Source of the DNA: an uncultured Spirochaetota bacterium
GTDB lineage: Bacteria; Spirochaetota; UBA4802; UBA5550
Length of the DNA stretch: 64,000 nt
Reading direction: 5' to 3'
NCBI GenBank assembly: GCA_963827275.1
Contig: CAWHAA010000010.1
Location: forward strand, 320,001 to 384,000
Below, piece by piece: positions 45,550-55,914 of this stretch (within the stretch, counting starts at the first letter, position 1; each line of letters opens with the position of its first letter). The translations under genes were made by a program, and so were the position numbers. The notes under the pieces were generated by a model. It ran no database searches and was not told where the DNA came from. It was given only the letters and a program-made list of their open reading frames with translations.

Positions 45550-46926
45550 ATGACGGCTCGCTCGTATAAAACCGAATCGGTCCTCTTCCTCATAACGGTC
45601 GGCATCATCGCCCTCATGCTGTTCCTGAATGACATCAACCAGCATATCCGGATAAAGGAAGTCCGGATATACATGCAGAAGAGCAATCGCGAGGAAAACA
45701 GCATCGACCATATGGGACTGGTGATGAAGTACCAGACCCAGAAGAGGCTGTACGAAAGCCAGATCCGCCAGGACGACGCCGACCTCATCGAAATGAGAGC
45801 GCACGCGATACTCGCAGAAACCGCGGCATCCAGGAGCGTGACCATGGACCGGTACCGGTTTCTCTCCGGTCCCTCTGTTTTCATGATCAACCTGTTCAGG
45901 TCAATCATCAGCAAAGGCCCCATCAGGTACCTCACCGACGACCCGGCAAACATCTTCCTGGGAGTGGCGTATTATTACGAGCGCAACAATTCGTTTGACG
46001 GGGCCCTGCGTCTCTACTCCAGGGCGCTGAAAGAGGAGCGATACAACATGCCCGCCATCGCGGGGATCATCCTCCACCAGGGGTACTGCTACGCCATCAT
46101 GGGGAATTACCAGGTCGCCAGGAAAAAATACCTCGCCGTCATACGGGAACATGGAGACACCCGGGCGGCCTCCACGGCGGTCATCCTGCTCCGCTATCTC
46201 GAGGGATTCAGGAGCGAGATCGACCGCATCCTGAAAAAAGAAAAAGATTCGGTGGAAAAGGCGAACAAGCTGTTCACGCTCATCGCGTACCGGGACGCGC
46301 TCGCCGTTTTAAGAAGGATCGAAAAGAACGCCGCCCCCGCAGACTGGCCGAGGATCGGGTATATAAAGGGACGGTGCCTTGAAGGGCTTTCAGAGAAAGA
46401 GAAGGCGATAGACACCTATCATGATGTCGTGACGAACAGTCCCGGTTCGCCCTACTCGGCGCTCGCAAACCGGAGGATATATCTCTCGGGCGCCATGGCG
46501 ACCAACGGCGCAAAAGTGAAAGACCTGGCATCGGACAACAACCGGTCTCTTCTGGACCCGATACTCAAGAAAATGGCGGGCCTGGAAGCGAGGCTGCGCG
46601 CCGCGGGAAACGAAAAAGAGAACGCTCTCTTCTCACGGGAGCTCGCCATAGAGGAACTTCATGATCCCGTGCTCGACCTCGACAAGGTGGAATCCCTTTC
46701 CCGCACGGAGCGCGCCTCGCATCCGGAGAAAAAAATCGGCGTTCCCGGCGCTCGCGCGGCGAAGAAAAAACCGCCGGCAATCACCTACAGGATAGAAACG
46801 ACCGAGGGCAACATATTTATCGGTTCCATCAGGAAAGAGACGGCCGAGCTCATTATCATGGAGACCATGGTGGGGGACGCGACCATACCGAAAAGCAAGG
46901 TTGTGAGCAGGAAGAGGGTAAAATAG
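45550..46926 (+). CDS. Membrane-anchored TPR-like protein with small C-terminal beta domain
   Basis: N-terminal TM; TPR-like helices; C-terminal YRIETTEGNIFIGSIRKETA. Confidence 0.8.
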   Translation: MTARSYKTESVLFLITVGIIALMLFLNDINQHIRIKEVRIYMQKSNREENSIDHMGLVMKYQTQKRLYESQIRQDDADLIEMRAHAILAETAASRSVTMDRYRFLSGPSVFMINLFRSIISKGPIRYLTDDPANIFLGVAYYYERNNSFDGALRLYSRALKEERYNMPAIAGIILHQGYCYAIMGNYQVARKKYLAVIREHGDTRAASTAVILLRYLEGFRSEIDRILKKEKDSVEKANKLFTLIAYRDALAVLRRIEKNAAPADWPRIGYIKGRCLEGLSEKEKAIDTYHDVVTNSPGSPYSALANRRIYLSGAMATNGAKVKDLASDNNRSLLDPILKKMAGLEARLRAAGNEKENALFSRELAIEELHDPVLDLDKVESLSRTERASHPEKKIGVPGARAAKKKPPAITYRIETTEGNIFIGSIRKETAELIIMETMVGDATIPKSKVVSRKRVK

Positions 46927-46941
46927 ACCGTTCCCGGGGAT

Positions 46942-49641
46942 CTACGGGAACTTGACGAGCGATTGGCCCGTTCTCTGATTTTCGTACTCCAGCTTTATCC
47001 AGTCGGCAGAGCGGACCACGCTGGATATGCGGACCTCGTCCATGCTGCCGTTCAGATTGAGGTTAACACTCCCCGCCCGCGATGTACTTTGAGCCCGTGG
47101 TGGAAGTGATGTGATCGGACTTACCAACCGTCATTCTTTGATATCGCCTCGCCGTTTCTGTACATCTCGACAGCTGTTGGTTGCCGTGTCGAAGGAGACG
47201 GTAATCTGCACGTATTCAGCGGGAAACAGCCAGTTCGCGAGATGAAGTGACGGTGTAATCGACGCTCCAGTAGCCACTGCCGTCAACGTAAAACCGAGCG
47301 GCACCGGTTAGTGATACCCGGTGACAAGACCCGGATAAAAATCGATATAGCCAGCCGTTCCCGGTCGGTGAAGATTTCGCGCAGAGGAAATTCTCGTACA
47401 AAGCAGTCCGAGCAGATCCGATCGTTTTATCTGACCCAGAAGCTCGCGGTCAGATTCGCCGGCTGCAAAAGGCCGCTGGTGCCCAGGTTTATCTCATCGT
47501 TTGATCCGTCAAAATCGAGGCTCTGGCCGATCTGCCCGGTCGACCAGGTCGCTCGAATCCATGCCGGTTGCAGTGCCGTGGATTGCATTAGAGGTCCTGT
47601 CGGTGATGGCGCCTGAGCCGCCCGCCGGGTTTTCGTTCATGTGATATACCGCGGCAAAGCCGTTCGATGTGCTGAACACCGCCGCCGCGTTCTGGCCGCC
47701 CGGGACCGCGTCGTTGACGGCATCGTTATAATACATGGTGATATAGGTATTGCTGTTTCCCGCGACTGAAGGCACGAGGACCCACACCTCTGCCACGTTG
47801 TTTGCCTGGTCCCACCGTTCGATCTCGTAGCTGAGCCACGCGGTGCCGCCGATGGCGCGGAACCGGAGATCATCCGCGTCGGAGCGCACCGCGTCGATGA
47901 TCGCCGCATCCGTCAAACGGATCAGCACCGGGAAGTTTGTCACCGTGCCGTTCACGTCCGCGCCTGACGGGGTCGTGTCGAGCCTGATGAGCTTCGTGGA
48001 CACAAAATCCGAAGGCAGTATCGCGCTCCTGGTTGCGTTTATGGTATAGGCAGTCGTCCCGCCGATGTACGAGGTAACGACGACCGTTATGGTGTTACTG
48101 CCGATACCCATCGGGATGCCTGCAGACGGCTGTCCGGAAGCGACCGCGGCGCCGTTCACCGTAACAGTGGCGTACGGCTCGGCCGCGGTCGGCGTTACGG
48201 TGATCGACCCTTCGGTGACTTCGGCGCTGTAGGAGGTCGTGCCCGATGAAAAGGAAGGTGAAAGCGATCCGTTCGACAGAGCGAGGCCGGCAAGGCTCGA
48301 ATTGTCCTCGTCAAGCCTGGTTATGGTCACGGTGTAGGTCTGTGACCCGACATTGGTCACTACCACGGTAATGGTGTTGACTCCGTAGTTCATGGCGATG
48401 GGGGCAGATGTCCCTCCCGAGGCGACTGTTGTCCCGTTTACCGTAATTGTGCCGACCGGCGCGAAGGGCGTTACCGTCACCGACGATACGGCCATGTCGA
48501 TAGTATCTGTGTATGTTGTCTGGGCCGAATCAAAAGACGGATTCAGCGTCACGCTTGATACGATCAGGTTTGATAAAAGCGTGCTGGTCAAATCCAGCCT
48601 GTGGACTATTACCGTATAGGTGTTTGTATCGCTCCCGTCGGCCGAGGTAACGACGACATCGATAGTATAATCCCCATCGACGGGGGTGCTGATGCTTCCG
48701 GACTGCTGTCCCGATGCTACCGGCGATCCCTCCACCGTTATGGTCGCGTAGGGGTCGTCCGCTGTCGGGGTCACGGTGATTGATGAGACCGTGGTATGGA
48801 TATTCGTATTATAACCCAGCGTACCGGGATCAAAAACCGGAGAAAGGGTCCCCGTGGACAGCACCAGGTTCGACAGGTCGGCGTTGCCCGGATCGCACTT
48901 GATTACCGTTACGGAATACGTCCGCGAAACCGACCCGTCATATGAGAGCACGTCCACGGTGATGGTGTTCTCCCCCGGGTTGAGGGGGATGTCCGGGGAC
49001 GGCTCTCCCGAGGGGACGAGCGTCCCGTTCACCCGTATCGAGGCATAGGGCTCCTCGGCGGTCGGCGTCAGGGTAATCGATGGTTCTGAAATATCGACAT
49101 AGGCCGTGTAGGTATAGTCTGAATCAGAAAAAGCCGTGTCCAGGGTCCCTGATGACAGCTCAAGATTGGCGAGGTCCGCGTTGTCCAGATCACACCTGAG
49201 CACACTGACGTCATAGGTCTTCACCAGGAGCCCGTCACCCGAGGAGACGTCCACCGTGATCATGTTTTCACCATGGGCCATGGCGATTGGACCGGTCTGC
49301 TGGCCGGAAATCCCCGGGACGCCGTTCACCAGCAGCGTGGCATTTTTTTCCACCGTGGTGGGGGTGACAGTTACAGAGGGGACGGAAATATCAATGACCG
49401 AAGTGTATGATGTCGTGCCTGACTCGAATCCCGGCGCCAGGTCCCCGGTTGAGAGCTCAAGGTTCGACAGATCCGCGGAGCCGAACTCGCCGTTGAGAAA
49501 AGCCATATAGCTTCTATCCGGCTGCATCAGCACATCCAGTCCGTCGCTGCAGCGAACGAAGAATATTGAAAGCATGAGAACTATGCAGCGTATTATCTGC
49601 GATGATGATATATTATAACTATTCATTATATTTTTATACAA
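46942..49641 (-). CDS. Surface lipoprotein: five cadherin-like beta-sandwich repeats + DUF2341 + LamG-like domain (3' part frameshifted)
   Basis: FVRC lipobox; five (N/S)ADLSNL.LS.G.L.P.F...T..Y-type repeats; NFPVLIRL..DLRF..YEIERW..WVLVP; broken LDFDGSND...FWV and MDEVRIS..RSADWIKLEY. Confidence 0.85.
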
Positions 49642-49819
49642 TCCCTATACGGGAAAACAGTCGGGCAGCATCATCGGTCGATTATAACCATATAATAAGA
49701 AGGCATCGGATTTATTTCAAGCCATATTTTGATGCACCAAGAAGTGGCCATAAAATAGCATATGTTAAGACGACATAATTGGCAGCGGGAGGACTCAAAC
49801 GACCGCGGCGCCGGAAATT

Positions 49820-50731
49820 TTACCATAGCCTGAATGTTATTCCAGCCGCCCCCCCTATCCCGTTAAACGCAATGTCCTTGTCCAGTATGTATATATATCG
49901 GAAGTGAATAAATAGCGCAATTATTTTGAAAGAATATTCATATCCCAGTATCCCGGCACAGGAAAAATGCACACCTTTGCTCTTTGATGAAGAATCTTCA
50001 TTTATGATATGATAATAGCCGGCGCCGGGAAGGGCTGCTATGACTATGGCCCCCCACGTATTGTCAAGCGAAGGCAAGGCCCAGATCGGGCCGGCCATGA
50101 GGAAAAACCCCGAAAGTCTGCGGGACGACTTAAAAAAGAATTTTCTCTCAAAATCGATCACGCCCGCTTCAATCCGCACGCCCGGTATGGCCATATGGCG
50201 CTTCCCGATCAGCCGTTCAAGCCCCTGGTCGTACGTGAGGTTCGCGGCAAGACCGCTGGGCACCCTGGAGTAAAGGCCGCGGGACACGATGGTGCTGTAG
50301 TATGCCGCTTCCAGACCGAGGCGGCCGTAATACCATTCATCTGACGGCGGGGACGTCCTGCTCTTCGCCTTTTTTTTCCGCTCCTCCTTCTCCCTTTCAA
50401 GCGCCTCTTCTATTTTTTTCCGTTTCAGGCCTTCCTCAATATTTTTTTTAATACTATCTTCGTTGATTGCAAGGCCCATCTTCTTCTGAATAGAGATGTC
50501 TTCCTGGTAGGATTGGGTGATATATATCTTGTCCACGGTCTCCTTTTTTACAGTAAAGGTCCCGTAAGAGTTGGCAACAACATACGTCAGGGCCGTTTCT
50601 TTTATAACCTTGCATATGAGGACCGTGCCATCGTTCAAAAAAAACGTATCGGCCCGCACCGCGATACTCCCTCCCAGGACGGTGAGGACGGCCGTGACGA
50701 AGCAGCGCATATACCTGAATTTCGTCGACAT
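49820..50731 (-). CDS. Putative outer-membrane beta-barrel protein with small N-terminal beta domain and charged linker
   Basis: Signal peptide VRA-D; alternating beta strands; ends GITFRLW. Confidence 0.7.
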   Translation of the reverse strand: MSTKFRYMRCFVTAVLTVLGGSIAVRADTFFLNDGTVLICKVIKETALTYVVANSYGTFTVKKETVDKIYITQSYQEDISIQKKMGLAINEDSIKKNIEEGLKRKKIEEALEREKEERKKKAKSRTSPPSDEWYYGRLGLEAAYYSTIVSRGLYSRVPSGLAANLTYDQGLERLIGKRHMAIPGVRIEAGVIDFERKFFFKSSRRLSGFFLMAGPIWALPSLDNTWGAIVIAALPGAGYYHIINEDSSSKSKGVHFSCAGILGYEYSFKIIALFIHFRYIYILDKDIAFNGIGGAAGITFRLW

Positions 50732-50871
50732 GGAGATAATAGTATCATAGCGTCTTGTAAAATCAAGCGGGATTTTTCTTTATACGATCACCGTGCGATT
50801 ATCATTCAGCGCGCCCTTGTTCCCGGCGAACCGGAAAATAACACCTCGCCGGAGACACTATATGAAGTTAT

Positions 50872-50914
50872 TCAAAAGCGCACGGGGCCTTTTCCACACC
50901 CCGTGCGCTTTTGA
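50872..50914. terminator. Bidirectional-type terminator hairpin closing the catabolic operon
   Basis: 16-bp perfect stem TCAAAAGCGCACGGGG / CCCCGTGCGCTTTTGA. Confidence 0.8.
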
Positions 50915-51032
50915 GAGGAAGAATTTATGAAATATTAAAGCGGGGCGCCCCACCCTGCAAGACCATCTGCCGGGATCCCTGCTATCCAAGTGAAGGGCGC
51001 CAATCACATCTCCCGCTGGCCAGCAATCCCGA

Positions 51033-51413
51033 TTAATACCTCTTCGGGTATTTCAGGTCGCTCGTCTGCGTGAGCCTTTTATAGTGATAGCCGGGATTAA
51101 AATTGTGCTTTATCGAAATTGCGCCGTGCGGGCAGGCCGCGCCGCAGTCGAAGCACGCCACGCACATGGTGGCGCCTTTTTTCGTGGTCTTCACGCGGGG
51201 CTCGCCGTATTTCCCCCCTCCGGCCCTGCCGGAGAGAAGGTCCATCTTCGTTGTCGTCTCGGTAATGATACATCCCCCGGGACAGAGCTGGACGCAGATG
51301 CCGCACTGCCTGCATTTTTCCAGGTCGAAAACAAGCTCCCCCGACTGCATCTGCTTCGGCGAGTCATAGTCCGGTATCCTGATCCTGTCAAAAAAAGAGT
51401 ATGTTGTCTTCAT
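51033..51413 (-). CDS. 2[4Fe-4S] ferredoxin-like protein
   Basis: CRQCGICVQLCP and CVACFDCGAACP. Confidence 0.92.
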   Translation of the reverse strand: MKTTYSFFDRIRIPDYDSPKQMQSGELVFDLEKCRQCGICVQLCPGGCIITETTTKMDLLSGRAGGGKYGEPRVKTTKKGATMCVACFDCGAACPHGAISIKHNFNPGYHYKRLTQTSDLKYPKRY

Positions 51414-51417
51414 GGCG

Positions 51418-52173
51418 TTATTCTCCCTGCCGAGTGTATCGTGGCGGGTCGTTGAGCCCGCGGTCGAACCATTCCACGACCTGCTCCTCGCGCGGCGCGA
51501 TCCCGTCGGCTTTCGGTTTCTGCCACCCGAGGGCGATGCACACCTCCAGCCGGTGCGGCTTCTTGATGCCGAACCGCTTTTTCCACCAGGGCAGGTACAT
51601 CAGCACCTTTATCAGGCCGATCCAGCAGGAACCGGCCCCCAGGCTGTGGGCCGCGAGCACCATGTTCTGTCCGCAGATGCCTATGTCCATCGGAGGACAT
51701 GATACTCCCCGGCTGTCCTCTACCATCAATATCAGGGTCGGGGCGCCGTGAAAGACCTTCGTTTCCCCCCTTGCTATCTGGGACATCAGCTCAAAGGGGA
51801 CCGGATGCAGCTCATTGCCGAGTATCCGGATGTAAAATTTAGCGATCGGTTTCTTTATGAGCCGCACAAGAACATTGCTCGTGGTATAATCCAGAAAAAA
51901 CATGAACACTTTAATGATGCTGACCGCGGCCTTTTCCATCGCAGCCAGGATCTCGGGGCTCTTCACCACGATGAAGCGCCATGGCTGGGAATTCCCCGCC
52001 GATGGCGCAAAACGGCCCGATTCGAGTATGCGCTCGATCATTGTATCGGGAAGCGGCTCACTTTTAAACCCGCGGATACTGCGGCGCTCCATGATGACCT
52101 TCTCCACGGGGTTCCAGGGCATCCCCTCCTGGTACTCGTACAGCGGAGACAGCTCCTCCAATTTCATGTTCAT
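51418..52173 (-). CDS. Nitroreductase-family flavoprotein
   Basis: RRSIRGF, APSAGNSQPWRF, NMVLAAHSLGAGSCWIG. Confidence 0.92.
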   Translation of the reverse strand: MNMKLEELSPLYEYQEGMPWNPVEKVIMERRSIRGFKSEPLPDTMIERILESGRFAPSAGNSQPWRFIVVKSPEILAAMEKAAVSIIKVFMFFLDYTTSNVLVRLIKKPIAKFYIRILGNELHPVPFELMSQIARGETKVFHGAPTLILMVEDSRGVSCPPMDIGICGQNMVLAAHSLGAGSCWIGLIKVLMYLPWWKKRFGIKKPHRLEVCIALGWQKPKADGIAPREEQVVEWFDRGLNDPPRYTRQGE

Positions 52174-52241
52174 CCTCCCCCTCCTGTTAGATTGTTATAT
52201 CGCCATGCCATCAATAATAATAACCAACTCCGTACCGGGCG

Positions 52242-53099
52242 TTACCCGTTCAATTCTTCTTTTGACATCCCCAGGTACGTTGCGAACAGGCCCCTGGAAT
52301 ACACAAATGTCAGCACCTTGAAATACATCTCAGGAAAGAAACGCTTGCTGAACCAGATGAATTTCCCGTCAAGCTGTTTGATGCGGTACATCCGGTTTTT
52401 CTCAATGCCCCTGATCGCGTGGCGCGCGACCTTATCCGCGCTAGTGAGCGATTTCTCGAAAAATTTCTCCGCTATCACTTTCTGCCGCTCGTCCGAGGTA
52501 TACGCCCCGACCATGAGGTTCGTCGGGAAAAAGGTGGGGCACACGGCGGTCACCCCGATATTGCTCGACGAAAGCTCGGACCTGAGCGTCTCGGATGCCG
52601 AGATGACCGCCGCCTTGGTCACGTTGTACCCGCCGAACTCGGGTAGCGAGGCAATGCCGGCGTTTGACGCGATATTGAGGATGTAGCCGCCGCCCTGCTC
52701 CTTGAAAAGCGGGATGAATGCGCGCGCGCCGTATATGACGCTTTTTAGATTCACGTCGATGATCCAGTCCCATTTTTCAACCGGTATCTTCTCAAACCAT
52801 CCGACCGACACCACCCCGGCGTTGTTGACGAGGATATCAACTCCGCCCCATGCTTCCTTCACCGTCTCCCGGGCCTTTTCCAGGTCCGCCGGATCCGCGA
52901 CATCGCACGGTATTTCAAGCGGCTCGCCGCCTGCCTGCGTCACCATGCGCGCCGATTCATGCATCGTTTTCGGATTAATCTCGGCGATCGCGACCTTCCA
53001 CCCCCTCTTCGCGAACTCGAGGGAGAGTGCGCGCCCGAGGCCGCTGCCCGCCCCCGTTATGATGACTCTCTTCCCGGGGAACCTTTTTTCCAGTTTCAT
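52242..53099 (-). CDS. Short-chain dehydrogenase/reductase
   Basis: TGAGSGLG, NNAG, S...YNVTK. Confidence 0.93.
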   Translation of the reverse strand: MKLEKRFPGKRVIITGAGSGLGRALSLEFAKRGWKVAIAEINPKTMHESARMVTQAGGEPLEIPCDVADPADLEKARETVKEAWGGVDILVNNAGVVSVGWFEKIPVEKWDWIIDVNLKSVIYGARAFIPLFKEQGGGYILNIASNAGIASLPEFGGYNVTKAAVISASETLRSELSSSNIGVTAVCPTFFPTNLMVGAYTSDERQKVIAEKFFEKSLTSADKVARHAIRGIEKNRMYRIKQLDGKFIWFSKRFFPEMYFKVLTFVYSRGLFATYLGMSKEELNG

Positions 53100-53118
53100 G
53101 CACTGTACCCTCTCTGTT

Positions 53119-54255
53119 TTATTCGCACTCGTCGATGATGCGTGAGATGAAATTGATCTTCCGCAGCGGCACCATCCCCAGCAGGGACTGCGCATGCCGC
53201 GCGTCGCGCATCCGCTTTTCCTGGGGATAGTCCTTCATGTAGCCGTTCCCGCCGAAGAGCTGTACCCCGTCCGTGCAGGAGCGCGTGGCCATCTCGCCGA
53301 CATGGATCGCGGCCGCCTGGGCGCTCTTCTCCCACCCGCACACGCAGCAGTCCATCTCCTGGCAGGCCATCGCAATGCATGACTCGGCGATCTTCAATTC
53401 AATGGCCATGTTGGCCAGCATCATCCGTACCTGGCCCCAGTCAATTATCTGGCGCCCGCCCTGGTACCGCTCCGCCGTGTACTGCATCGCGTCCTGGAAC
53501 GAGCCGCGCATGATGCCGAGTGACATGGCTGCCGCGCATATGGCCATCCGGTCGCTCATAGCGCCGAAATAGTTCTGCCCCTCGCCCTGCTTCCCTATCA
53601 GCCGGGCCGGGACCTTTTCAATGGTGAGGTCAACCATCGGGCACCCGTGGAGACCGAGGCTCACTATCGGGGCCGATATCGTGACGCCCTTATCCTTCAG
53701 GTCGATAAGGTAGTACGAGTACGGCAGCCCCTCTTTTTTCACAACCGGGACAACGGCGTAGTCAGCGATATTCCCGAGCGCGCAGTTGCTTATTTTCGCG
53801 TAGAAAATCGTGCCCCCGTCCTTGCTCATGATCCCCGGGCTTATTTCCTCCGGGCTCGCGTACATGGGAAACGCGATCGGGGCCGTCCCGAGGGTCGTTA
53901 TCCCGGAATAGATGCCCGTGTCCCCGGTGCTCGCTGCCGCAGCGGCGATTACCTCCAGGGCCGCGGCGTTGGAGAATATGACCCCGGCCAGGCTCGCGTC
54001 AACCTCGCTGATCTTCTCGAGAATGACGGCCACCATGCCGGTGTTCATGTCCACGCCGCCGAAATCGACCGGCAGGTTGACGCCGTAAAATCCGACGATC
54101 CCCGCGTCCCTGATCGCGTCCCCGGAAAGCGGGGCGAACGGGTACCTGTCGTTCTCCTCCCGGTGCTCCACGAGCTTCTTGAGGCTTATATCCCTCGCCA
54201 GGTCGGCAAATGCCTGTCGTTCGGCCGCCATTGCATCAACATTTATTGCGTTCAT
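53119..54255 (-). CDS. Acyl-CoA dehydrogenase-like subunit (catalytic motifs degenerate)
   Basis: RYQGGRQI, QLFGGNGYMKDYPQEKRMRDAR; lacks TEP..GSD and IYEGT. Confidence 0.85.
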   Translation of the reverse strand: MNAINVDAMAAERQAFADLARDISLKKLVEHREENDRYPFAPLSGDAIRDAGIVGFYGVNLPVDFGGVDMNTGMVAVILEKISEVDASLAGVIFSNAAALEVIAAAAASTGDTGIYSGITTLGTAPIAFPMYASPEEISPGIMSKDGGTIFYAKISNCALGNIADYAVVPVVKKEGLPYSYYLIDLKDKGVTISAPIVSLGLHGCPMVDLTIEKVPARLIGKQGEGQNYFGAMSDRMAICAAAMSLGIMRGSFQDAMQYTAERYQGGRQIIDWGQVRMMLANMAIELKIAESCIAMACQEMDCCVCGWEKSAQAAAIHVGEMATRSCTDGVQLFGGNGYMKDYPQEKRMRDARHAQSLLGMVPLRKINFISRIIDECE

Positions 54256-54276
54256 ACTATTCCCCCCGCTCAAATA

Positions 54277-55794
54277 TTATTTGAAGTATTCAACATCGGG
54301 ATAATTATTCCCGACCATGCAGTAAAACGCGTTCATCTGGTTCACCTGGTTCGTGCTCTCGTAGATCTGCTGGAGCTTCACGTCACGGAAGCACTTTTCC
54401 GCGCCATGGTCATGGCGCAGTCCGTCCGCTCCCATGAGGTCGAGCGCCAGGTTCGCGTTCACCAGGCCGTAGTCGCTGCAGGTATACTTGGCGAAGGACG
54501 CCCACCCGGAAGAGATGTTCCGCTCCTCGTCCGTATACCAGTCGCAGTAATATTTCCTGAATATATATGTTGCGATCCTGGACTTCAAAACCGGAAGCAT
54601 GAGGGTAAAGAACCATTTGGGCATGTACTTCATGTAATAATGGATCGGCTTCTTGTAAAGTATCTTGAATATGCCGCAGAGCATATCGGCATAGACGCTC
54701 TCCATGTAGACGTTCCGCGTCATGCACACGTTGCGGAACATGTCGGTAAGGATGATCTGGGCCCACTGGTGGTTGACCAGGAGCTCCCCCCCTACCCTTT
54801 TCCTGCGCGCGTAGTCCATGGCTATCTCGTACGCGCACCTCCCGATGCCCGTGGCGATCGCGCCGACGCCGGCCCGCGAAGCCGAAACGACGAAGTCCAT
54901 CATGGTGTGGACCACCCACTTCGGTCCCTTTTTCGAGTTTTTATAAAACGGCTCCCGGGCCCGTACGCTCACCCACTTGTCCGGCACAAACACGTCCTCG
55001 CATATAACCTCGTCAGCGGTGGAAGCCAGGGTCCCCATCTTCTTCTCGCTGGCGCCGAAGCTCAGGCCCTTGGTCCCGTTGGGGATGACGAACTGCGTCA
55101 GCGACGACGCGCGGTCGTTCTTGTCCTCCCACGAATGTATGAGGTGCCAGTAGGAGAGGCGGCTGTTGGAGATGAATACCTTTCTCGCATTCACCCTGTA
55201 GCCGCCCTTGACTTTCTCCATGGTGGAGGTCATGCGCCCCCTGTTGATAAGGATCGGCTCCTGGGCGTCAGAACCCGCGTCCGGCTCGGTTATGGTCAGG
55301 TCAACAAGATGGGGCTCTCCCTTCTTTTCGCTCTTCGCCACGTCGCGGAAAATCGTCTGTAATACCCGCATGTTCATCGACGGGAACACGGTCGCGGCCC
55401 CCAGGTAGTGGACGAATATCAGGTGACCGAGGCCGGAGCAGACCGATGCTATCTCTTCAATAAATGGATAGAGGCCCATGAAATGAATGTTCTGTCCGCC
55501 GAACAGCTTGGGGACGAAAAGCGTAAAAAAACGCCATTCCCCCGCCTTCTTGATGATATCAGTAGAGAGGAAGTCATGGTCCTCCATGTGCTTGAGGTCA
55601 CGATCAAGGTACATCGGCCGCAGGACCTCGTTGTTGAATTTCCTGGCGATGGCGATCGCCTTTTCAATGTCCTTGTGGACGCCCTTCGCGATCCGGTGAT
55701 GGATTTCTATGCTGTTATAGACTTCTTCCATGCGAGGGCCCTGTGCGAGCAGGGCGTTCTTTTCTGCTCGGCTCATTTTCCAAGGTTTCATCAT
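54277..55794 (-). CDS. Acyl-CoA dehydrogenase
   Basis: ITEPDAGSD, KVFISN, EKKMG, RDVKLQQIYESTNQ. Confidence 0.9.
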   Translation of the reverse strand: MMKPWKMSRAEKNALLAQGPRMEEVYNSIEIHHRIAKGVHKDIEKAIAIARKFNNEVLRPMYLDRDLKHMEDHDFLSTDIIKKAGEWRFFTLFVPKLFGGQNIHFMGLYPFIEEIASVCSGLGHLIFVHYLGAATVFPSMNMRVLQTIFRDVAKSEKKGEPHLVDLTITEPDAGSDAQEPILINRGRMTSTMEKVKGGYRVNARKVFISNSRLSYWHLIHSWEDKNDRASSLTQFVIPNGTKGLSFGASEKKMGTLASTADEVICEDVFVPDKWVSVRAREPFYKNSKKGPKWVVHTMMDFVVSASRAGVGAIATGIGRCAYEIAMDYARRKRVGGELLVNHQWAQIILTDMFRNVCMTRNVYMESVYADMLCGIFKILYKKPIHYYMKYMPKWFFTLMLPVLKSRIATYIFRKYYCDWYTDEERNISSGWASFAKYTCSDYGLVNANLALDLMGADGLRHDHGAEKCFRDVKLQQIYESTNQVNQMNAFYCMVGNNYPDVEYFK

Positions 55795-55914
55795 CAATCC
55801 TCCCCTCTCTTTTTAAAAAAATTTACCGGATAGCCGGTCTGAAAATTTCTTGTTACAACTTCAATCAGGCCATACCGTAAAGCATACTTCACCCCTGACC
55901 CCCTGACTACTCCT

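Noticed and set aside
53647..55362. Long antisense or alternative-frame ORFs (e.g. 571 aa here, 24455..25972, 4222..5589, 31775..33220)
   Set aside because: Shadow ORFs expected opposite GC3-rich genes; no motifs or RBS
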